A stretch of 27,123 nucleotides of DNA from Candidatus Bathyarchaeota archaeon (GTDB taxonomy: Archaea > Thermoproteota > Bathyarchaeia > Bathyarchaeales > Bathycorpusculaceae): contig CAVYRJ010000018.1 of NCBI GenBank assembly GCA_963770935.1, forward strand, positions 1-27,123. The letters are read 5' to 3'. Position numbers and translations under genes: made by a program. Position 1 is the first letter of the stretch. Every line of letters begins with the position of its first letter. Of this stretch, positions 1-6,419 are shown one piece after another. The notes under the pieces were generated by a model. That model saw only the letters and a list, made by a program, of their open reading frames with translations. It made no database searches and was not told the origin of the DNA.

Positions 1-140
1 ACACTGGTAAGTCAGTTTTTGAGGCAGTTGTGGGGCAAAATCAAAACTATCTTTTGGGATATTGCAAGAGTACGTCTCTTCCAAAGAATCAAGGAGCTTA
101 TGCATCATGAAAGCACTTTTTCTAAAGTTAATCCCTAATT

Positions 141-173
141 TTAGATGATGGGGAGTTTCCAGCCTTCTTTTTG
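141..173 (-). repeat. Repeat copy R1: orphan 3' end of RHH gene (reads QKEGWKLPII*)
   Basis: 151-172 gggagtttccagccttcttttt is identical (22/22) to 1722-1743; the stop codon lies at the same offset (141 vs 1712). Confidence 0.85.
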
Positions 174-193
174 TATGAAAAAGCTTTTTCATA
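174..193. repeat. Perfect 20-bp palindrome tatgaaaaagctttttcata
   Basis: Read directly from the sequence; abuts R1 and covers the kelch gene stop codon. Confidence 0.8.
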
Positions 194-1424
194 ACACTTC
201 AATGAACGCTTGCATCATAAGATTTCTTTGTTGCGAGGTTGTTTGGGTTTTTCTTTTGTGGTAGACAATTAAGCCGGTACTGACCGCAACAGCTATAGCG
301 ACGGCGACGACCACTATGGGCAAGGGTTGAGCGGGCTGGTCTGGTTCTTTTTGCGTAGGATTGCTCGACGCGGGTGGCTGCACGGTGCCATAACCAAAAG
401 GCGTATACACCTCCACAGCACTTGTTTGATTGCCTATCCAGGCGCCATCCATTTTTGTTCCTCCGCCCAACGCGTAGATTTTATCGTCCACTACGGCAAC
501 CGCAGGGCTGTAGCGTGCAGTAGGCATATCTGCGGCTCTGCTCCAGGTATCCGACGCCGGATCATACCTGAAAACTGCATTCACACCATCCTGATAAGTC
601 AAACCGTGGATGATGGCGCCGCCTACGATGTAGATTTGCTTTGGAGCATGCTCGCCTGTGGTTGCGACTAGGCGGCTTTGCTTGTAGAATGTGGGCAGGG
701 TTGCTCCTGTGCTCCAAGTATTTGTTGCTGTATCGTAAATTTGCAGCTTGCCTTCGCCGATGGTTACGGCGACGCCCCTACTGGTGTCTGATATTACGTA
801 TATTTTATCATCTACTGCAGACGCGAAAGTGGGGTCTGATACTTCTTGGGGCAATTCGGATATTCTTGTCCAAATGTCGGTTTCTGGGTGATATGCGTCT
901 ATGTTTGAACCTGTACTAGTCATGGTTGAACCATAGAATTTTCCACCGCTGTAGATTGCGTATATTTTACCGTTAACGGTGTTTGCAATCAGTTGGGTGC
1001 TCTGATCGATTGTGGGTTGTTTTGCTTCCCAAGTGCCTGTTTGCGTATCATAGGCTTCGGTGACATTGGTGGGGTAGCTTCCTTTAGCACCGCCTGGAAT
1101 GGGATAGTGGTGGGACCCGCCTATTGTGTAGATTTTGTGGTCTACTACTGCTATGCCGAAGCCTGCTCTGTTTGTTGGCATGGGTGCTGTTTGGGTTAAT
1201 GTTTGGCTTTGAGGGTCGTACACAAAAAGGCGGGTAGTATACTCCTGGCTGCTGAATATGTATATTTTATCGTCTACCGTTACTGCGGTGCCGCTTAACT
1301 GTTCAGGCAGGGGCTGTAGGGTTTGCCAAGTGTCCTCTTCTGTTGCGAGAGTATTTTGGAAATTAACAAAAAGTAATGAAGAAAGAACCATTAAACAAGC
1401 CAGCGCTAAACAAGCCCTAGACAT
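189..1424 (-). CDS. Kelch-repeat beta-propeller cell-surface protein with signal peptide and C-terminal membrane anchor
   Basis: Repeated kelch motifs (KIYTIGG..YD..T.TW, MPTARYSPAVAVVDDKIYALGG); hydrophobic N-terminus; P/Q-rich linker; TM helix followed by HKRK. Confidence 0.9.
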   Translation of the reverse strand: MSRACLALACLMVLSSLLFVNFQNTLATEEDTWQTLQPLPEQLSGTAVTVDDKIYIFSSQEYTTRLFVYDPQSQTLTQTAPMPTNRAGFGIAVVDHKIYTIGGSHHYPIPGGAKGSYPTNVTEAYDTQTGTWEAKQPTIDQSTQLIANTVNGKIYAIYSGGKFYGSTMTSTGSNIDAYHPETDIWTRISELPQEVSDPTFASAVDDKIYVISDTSRGVAVTIGEGKLQIYDTATNTWSTGATLPTFYKQSRLVATTGEHAPKQIYIVGGAIIHGLTYQDGVNAVFRYDPASDTWSRAADMPTARYSPAVAVVDDKIYALGGGTKMDGAWIGNQTSAVEVYTPFGYGTVQPPASSNPTQKEPDQPAQPLPIVVVAVAIAVAVSTGLIVYHKRKTQTTSQQRNLMMQAFIEVL

Positions 1425-1711
1425 ACTGCTTCAATAGGAGCCATTTGGCTTTTCTAGGCTTATATAATTTACTCTATCAATGCAAACTCATTAAATCATC
1501 ATATTGAAGCCACAGAATTCGTTTTTCCTAAATACAGCAAACTGTTCGAGCCCATTTTCACCAAAGTATTCGACTTTGATGCCAAAGAAGAGAACGAAAC
1601 CATAACAGTCGTATTTACACAAAAACCTCCTATCTCCAACACTAACTGCGCGCTCAAACCAAAAATAATTGTTAGAAGGTTTTTCCTTGGAAGATGTCTT
1701 AAATGGAGATG

Positions 1712-1750
1712 TTAAACTTCTGGGAGTTTCCAGCCTTCTTTTTTCTTCCT
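1712..1750 (-). repeat. Repeat copy R2: native 3' end of RHH1 (RKKKEGWKLPEV*)
   Basis: Core tctgggagtttccagccttctttt shared with the other copies. Confidence 0.85.
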
Positions 1751-2107
1751 GCCGATAAGATTTTTTATATCTGGTTGATCTAAGGCAAAGCGGATGTGTT
1801 CACAGTTGCTTGCATCACATATTGGGCAGTAAATTCCTTCGGGGGTGATTTTGATGTCCGCTACTTGGCCTAGCCTTACGTCTCTGACTTTTACGCCATC
1901 ACTGGTGCGATTTAGCATTTGAAAGTGTTTATCTGCCCCGTAATTGTCGAGTAGCTCTCTGAGTGCTACTTTAACGATTTCTGCCTTGCTTTTGAACCCT
2001 TTTTTGCCGATTAGTTTGTCTGCTTCTTGGGAGAGTTCTTTGGGTATTCTCACTGTGACGTAATCGTCTTCTTTGCCGCTTTTTTCGTCTTTTGTTTTTT
2101 CGGACAT
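1712..2107 (-). CDS. RHH (CopG/Arc/MetJ-like) regulator with C-terminal Cys/His zinc-binding-like domain (RHH1)
   Basis: YVTVRIPKEL...GFKSKAEIVKVALRELL RHH pattern; C-terminal CPIC..NCEH; paralog of 4760-5170. Confidence 0.85.
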   Translation of the reverse strand: MSEKTKDEKSGKEDDYVTVRIPKELSQEADKLIGKKGFKSKAEIVKVALRELLDNYGADKHFQMLNRTSDGVKVRDVRLGQVADIKITPEGIYCPICDASNCEHIRFALDQPDIKNLIGRKKKEGWKLPEV

Positions 2108-2124
2108 ATTTTGGCCTTCTTGGT

Positions 2125-2184
2125 TTAGCGTCGGATAGTTTCCAGTCCTCTTTTCTTTTGTTGTGGATTATTTTTTTGGCTTAA
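2125..2184 (-). repeat. Repeat copy R3: degenerate orphan RHH 3' end (reads KKIIHNKRKEDWKLSDA)
   Basis: 2137-2173 matches 2669-2705 at 34/37 nt; ends 17 bp before the RHH1 start codon. Confidence 0.8.
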
Positions 2185-2527
2185 CGGCAGCTCTGACTCG
2201 TTTTTTATGATAATCTGGGTCGATAGTTGCAGAGATGTCAAAGTCTATCGCTCTAAGTCGCCTCTGTAAGCAGATCCTCTTGGGTGCGTCTATTGATTGT
2301 GTCTTCTGCCATGTCCATAAGGAGGCATTCGCAGATTACGCAGCGATAAATGCCTTTTAACTGGTCGTGAAATAAATCGGTTTTTGCCAAAACCAAAACA
2401 CATCTTCTTTATCCGCGGCTAACATGGAAATTTCAGAGATGCAGATTTGAGAGCTTAGTTTCTCAAGAATGGTTTTTACCTCTTGTTCAGTTCTACGGCA
2501 TATCCAGCATTGTTTTTCTTTACTCAT
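2168..2527 (-). pseudogene. Small double-CxxC zinc-finger protein, frameshifted (not in ORF track)
   Basis: ATG at 2527 gives MSKEKQCWICRRTEQEV... (stop 2357); an overlapping frame continues ...KGIYRCVICECLLMDMAEDT; the 3' end is uncertain. Confidence 0.55.
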
Positions 2528-2655
2528 CAACCTTTCACTAAACCCAATAGGGGATTTAGTTATGTTATAAAGAGAAGGTTGTATAGACCTATTTTGTAAG
2601 GGGAGGGTTACTTGAAAGTGGTAACTTTGTTCGGACGAATTTTTTTAGGAGATTT

Positions 2656-2716
2656 CTAGATGTCTGGGAGTTTCCAGCCTTCTTTTCTTTTGTTGCGGAT
2701 TATTTCTATAATTTCT
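2656..2716 (-). repeat. Repeat copy R4: orphan RHH 3' end (reads EIIEIIRNKRKEGWKLPDI*)
   Basis: 2657-2716 vs 4761-4820 match at 56/60 nt, ungapped. Confidence 0.92.
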
Positions 2717-2835
2717 TGTTGTAAGATGAGGTGTAGGTTGGGAGTTGGATTTTGAGGGATTAGTCTTGACGTGTTTTTCTTTAGTCAAGCGCTGATTCAA
2801 GTAAACTATGTAAGCACCCCTAACCATGTAGACTT

Positions 2836-4509
2836 ATGAAATACTTGGGGAAACTCGTCACAATCATATTGATTAGTGCGATCGTTTTATCGAGTTTTAC
2901 TTTAATTAGCGGAATTCAGGCATCGGTAGGAGGAAACATCACTTCCAATACAACTTGGACCAAAGCCGACAGCCCCTACACTTTAACTGGAACCGTGACT
3001 GTGGACTCTGGCGCAACTTTAACAATTGAACCTGGAGTCACCATACGAATTCCCAACGATTGCACGTTGCAGGTAAACGGCATTTTGGTTGCCAGAGGTA
3101 CAAGTTCTGAAAAAATCAGTTTTACAGGCGGGGACGTTTCCCTTGGTGGAAGCGGTTCAGGCAGCGTGATTGAGAATGCAATCTTAGATCCTACTAATCT
3201 TATTATTGACAGTTCAGCTACAATTAATGGCAACACCATCATTGGGCGAGGCTCAGCAAATAGCTTCGAAGCAGTGTTAATCAATGGTGGAGCACCCAGC
3301 ATTTTGAACAACCTTATTTATGGAGCAGACAGCCAACGTGGAATTCGCATAACCGGGGGGTCCCCAACAATTAGCTCAAACGGCATAATGGGCATGATAA
3401 TCAGCGAAGGCAAAAACGTGGGGACCCCAGTTATTTCCCATAACACCATTGAGGGAGGCATCTCATTGTCAAAAAGCGGCGCAACCATTACAAATAATCT
3501 AATCACTGGATTTAAGTATGTCAACTTCAACGGCGACGTTGATAGTCTCTATACCTTGATATATGACAGCTGGCTTGGTAGCGGTATTGGCATTACGGCA
3601 GACTACGAAAATATACAACATGGCGCAGGCGCAGTGATCACTGACAACGTTATCACAGGTTGTGAAGATGGGATTTCTGTTTTGCAAGGCGGCACAACAA
3701 CCATAGAGAGAAATCTAATCATTAACACCTCAAGAGTAGCACTTCACGTATCATCCGACGCCATCATCAGCGATAACACGATAAGAAACAACCAAAAAGG
3801 TATAGTGGTAGGCAACGCGCCGACCTTGACTGTGAGAAACAACAACCTGGAAAACAATGGCAATTACAGCTTTTACCTCTATACAGGCAATAATGTTGAT
3901 GCAACAAGTAACTGGTGGGGCACAAACGACACCCAAATCATCGAAAACAGCATTTGGGATAGCACCTTTGAGCCATACGACGGAACGGTAAGCATTAATC
4001 CAATTCTAACCTCGCCAAACCCACAAGCACATCCCAACTCCATGATATTCCCAAGCATTAACATGCCAAACAGCGACGGCTCAGATAGCAACCCCTTCCA
4101 CATTGGAACCAACAGCACCGTAACCGACGTATTCTTCAACCCCGAAAATGCAACACTCAGCTTCACTGTCAGCGGCCCAAGCGGCACCGAAGGCTCTACC
4201 AATGTAACCATGACCAAATCTGCTATGCCAAACAGCGGGACCCTCAAAGTCACCATAGACGAAAAACAAATTAATTATGCCCTTGCCGATAACGGCGATT
4301 CATGGAATTTAGGCTTCACCTATATCCACAGCGCTCACAGAGTAACCATCACAGACGGAGTAAACCAAACCCAACCCACACAAACGCCAACCTCAACACC
4401 AGTTTCTGCTGCTGACGAATTCAACATCCTGCCAATAGCATTATTCCTCATCACAGCACTCGCAGCTGTAAGCCTTATTATTGTTGGGTTAAAAAGAAAA
4501 AAATCCTAA
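2836..4509 (+). CDS. Secreted/surface right-handed parallel beta-helix (NosD/pectin-lyase-like) protein with C-terminal membrane anchor
   Basis: Signal peptide; TTWTKADSPY...TLTIEPGV motif; many I..N.I repeats; NWWG motif; PT linker; TM helix plus KRKKS. Confidence 0.88.
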   Translation: MKYLGKLVTIILISAIVLSSFTLISGIQASVGGNITSNTTWTKADSPYTLTGTVTVDSGATLTIEPGVTIRIPNDCTLQVNGILVARGTSSEKISFTGGDVSLGGSGSGSVIENAILDPTNLIIDSSATINGNTIIGRGSANSFEAVLINGGAPSILNNLIYGADSQRGIRITGGSPTISSNGIMGMIISEGKNVGTPVISHNTIEGGISLSKSGATITNNLITGFKYVNFNGDVDSLYTLIYDSWLGSGIGITADYENIQHGAGAVITDNVITGCEDGISVLQGGTTTIERNLIINTSRVALHVSSDAIISDNTIRNNQKGIVVGNAPTLTVRNNNLENNGNYSFYLYTGNNVDATSNWWGTNDTQIIENSIWDSTFEPYDGTVSINPILTSPNPQAHPNSMIFPSINMPNSDGSDSNPFHIGTNSTVTDVFFNPENATLSFTVSGPSGTEGSTNVTMTKSAMPNSGTLKVTIDEKQINYALADNGDSWNLGFTYIHSAHRVTITDGVNQTQPTQTPTSTPVSAADEFNILPIALFLITALAAVSLIIVGLKRKKS

Positions 4510-4759
4510 CTATAAATCAGGTCATCGAAAACTTCATTGAAGAACGGTAAAGGCAAAAGCAAAACGCATGAATTCTTCACTTTCGCGCAAGCCTCCACCG
4601 CTCGCTCGCACCCTTTGGATAGTTTTAAAAGGCTATCAGAAAATAGAGAAGATGGTAGTTGAAAACCAAAGTTATTTACGTAGAAACTGGAAGGAGATAA
4701 TATATTTCAAAAAACCCCACTCAATAATTCCAAAATCTCATTTTATTTATCTAAGTAGC

Positions 4760-4820
4760 TTAGATGTCTGGGAGTTTCCACCCTTCTCTTCTTTTGTTGC
4801 GGATTATTTCTTTGATTTCT
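4760..4820 (-). repeat. Repeat copy R5: native 3' end of RHH2 (EIKEIIRNKRREGWKLPDI*)
   Basis: 56/60 identical to R4. Confidence 0.92.
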
Positions 4821-5170
4821 GGAACAGTTAATGCAAATTCTATGTGTCCGCAGTTCTCGCTTTCGTCTAGTTCGCAGTATATTCCTTCTGGTTTGAAGCG
4901 TATGTCTGCTATTCTGTGGAGTTGTCGGTCGGTGATTCTTACGCCATGTACGCCCATGTTGAAGTGGTCGTAGCGTGGCAGGACCGGCATGACTGGTTCG
5001 GGGGGCTTGTATTTGGTTAAGAGTTCGCGTAGTGCTTCTTTGACGATTTCTGCGCGGCTCTTAAAGCCGTATGTGCCGATTAATTTGTCCATTGAGTTAA
5101 CTAGGTCATTTGGCAGTTTTATTGTGGTGTAGTCGCCTTCGATTGGTTCTTTTTCTATTCTTCTTGGCAA
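4760..5170 (-). CDS. RHH regulator with C-terminal Cys/His domain (RHH2), putative element repressor
   Basis: YTTIKLPNDL...GFKSRAEIVKEALRELL; EGIYCEL..ENCGHIEFAL; TTG start; divergent from the integrase operon. Confidence 0.85.
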   Translation of the reverse strand: MPRRIEKEPIEGDYTTIKLPNDLVNSMDKLIGTYGFKSRAEIVKEALRELLTKYKPPEPVMPVLPRYDHFNMGVHGVRITDRQLHRIADIRFKPEGIYCELDESENCGHIEFALTVPEIKEIIRNKRREGWKLPDI

Positions 5171-5183
5171 TTTTTACCCTTGA

Positions 5184-5265
5184 GTAATGTATTAGTAACG
5201 TGCTTGTTTAAGTATTTTTGGCAATTTATCACCTATAGCGATGCCATAGATTACTAATAAATTAC
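5184..5265. promoter_or_regulatory. Inverted repeat pair in divergent promoter (putative RHH operators)
   Basis: gtaatgtattagtaa (5184-5198) and ttactaataaattac (5251-5265) are reverse complements at 14/15 nt; AT-rich intergenic region between two RHH genes. Confidence 0.6.
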
Positions 5266-5321
5266 AATAAAACCTTAAATGGAATACATCTAATATAAAC
5301 CAATTAATAATAGGTGAATAA

Positions 5322-5477
5322 ATGACACAGGAATATGTAACTATAAAACTGCCCTGCAACATAGTCAACGAAGTCCTCGACCCGCTAGTTGGAACACATG
5401 GCTACTCAAGCAGAGCCGACGTCCTAAAAGACGCACTACGAAGACTATCCGAAAAATACAAATCATCGGCAAACTAA
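5322..5477 (+). CDS. Small stand-alone RHH protein, 51 aa (RHH3; not in ORF track)
   Basis: MTQEYVTIKLPCNIVNEVLDPLVGTHGYSSRADVLKDALRRLSEKYKSSAN; ggtga RBS; clear similarity to the RHH1/RHH2 N-domain. Confidence 0.85.
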   Translation: MTQEYVTIKLPCNIVNEVLDPLVGTHGYSSRADVLKDALRRLSEKYKSSAN

Positions 5478-5535
5478 GAGGTTTGTGTTCTTGGGGAATA
5501 AGCTTTCTCTGGATTTTGCTTTTAGGAGGATTCGC

Positions 5536-5652
5536 GTGTCTAAACACCACGCCATTTGTATTCTGACAATTTTTGAAGCCCTTCTCCCCGATTCAAAAAG
5601 CTTCCTAAGCAAGAACACATCATCTCTTTGGCTCGGAGGGCGCTGCTTATGA
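5536..5652 (+). CDS. Putative 38-aa small protein
   Basis: aggagga RBS at 5524-5530, GTG start, and TGA stop overlapping the next ATG (atga). Confidence 0.4.
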   Translation: MSKHHAICILTIFEALLPDSKSFLSKNTSSLWLGGRCL

Positions 5653-5891
5653 CGGTTTTTGACGATCTTAAAGAAAAGTTTCTTGTTTTGCCCGTTGATG
5701 ACTTGGGGGATTGTATTGCCATTCCTGGTGAGGAGCTTGATCTTGATTGGATTTTGATGTTTCTAGAAGAGGGCTATCGCTTTGAGGGTTGTCTTATTGA
5801 TGGATATCCGTTTGTTTTAGTGCAGGTTAAGCCTATAGTTATCGATAGACCAACTGAAACCTTGAGCACTCGCGAAGGGGACTTTAACTAA
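5649..5891 (+). CDS. Hypothetical acidic protein of the integrated element
   Basis: ORF track 5628-5891; ATG at 5649 has a ggaggg RBS; abuts the next ORF. Confidence 0.6.
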   Translation: MTVFDDLKEKFLVLPVDDLGDCIAIPGEELDLDWILMFLEEGYRFEGCLIDGYPFVLVQVKPIVIDRPTETLSTREGDFN

Positions 5892-6419
5892 TTGGTTGAA
5901 GGGCAAGGACAAGCTGGTCTTTTTGTCTCTGCAGAGGAATGCGTATTTGACACTAAAGCCGGACCAAATTCCTGCAAGTCAGAGCCAACTTTGAACTCTA
6001 CTGACGCTAACCCTCAAATTTCCAAATCCATTCTTGAATTCAAAAATTTAGTTTATATCCGCTACAATGACCATGCTCACTTTCACCAGTCATCTGCAAT
6101 GATTATGGCGCCAATTGTTAGGGAAGCTGTTGGTTGGCTTGTCTATGAATGCGATCAGTACATAACGTTAGTTTTTGATAGAGATGCAAGGCCGCCAACT
6201 CTGAAAGGTAGTGTGGATCCTAAAGCCTCAGGGCTGGTTCTTTTGCGTTCAGATCTTGTGGAATTTAAGAAATTAGATGATTTTTTGCCTCTAATTGGCT
6301 TGGAGCATAACTTAAATTCTCAGAGTGCCTACAAGAATGATCGAGAGTATGCGCACCTAGCCAAAGGAAGCGAAAAACTCCCAAAAAAGTCCAGAAAAGG
6401 AAGTAAAGAACTTGATTAG
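5892..6419 (+). CDS. Hypothetical protein (small beta-rich core), upstream of integrase
   Basis: 175-aa ORF with a core LVYIRYNDH...EAVGWLVYE...GLVLLRSD; overlaps the integrase start. Confidence 0.65.
   Translation: MVEGQGQAGLFVSAEECVFDTKAGPNSCKSEPTLNSTDANPQISKSILEFKNLVYIRYNDHAHFHQSSAMIMAPIVREAVGWLVYECDQYITLVFDRDARPPTLKGSVDPKASGLVLLRSDLVEFKKLDDFLPLIGLEHNLNSQSAYKNDREYAHLAKGSEKLPKKSRKGSKELD

Noticed and set aside
1-138. Partial ORF at the window edge
   Set aside because: Several frames are open and none is recognisable
2645-2827. 60-aa ORF in the track
   Set aside because: Runs through repeat R4 out of frame with the RHH peptide and over the promoter of the 2836 gene; likely spurious
2976-4269. 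Multiple antisense ORFs inside the beta-helix gene (and similar shadows elsewhere)
   Set aside because: Shadow frames of well-supported genes
141-4820. Repeats as a CRISPR array or classical integron attC sites
   Set aside because: Spacing is 0.4-2.1 kb and irregular, there are no cas genes and no RYYYAAC...GTTRRRY hairpins; the repeats are coding gene ends
4568-4831. 87-aa plus-strand ORF and cgctcgctcgc motif as a possible origin
   Set aside because: The ORF overlaps the RHH2 end antisense and has no motifs; the short GC motif is unsupported
6363-6386. Inverted partial match to the repeat just upstream of the integrase (aaaggaagcgaaaaactcccaaaa, 18/24 vs R2)
   Set aside because: A-rich, lacks the invariant tgg of the core; plausibly chance
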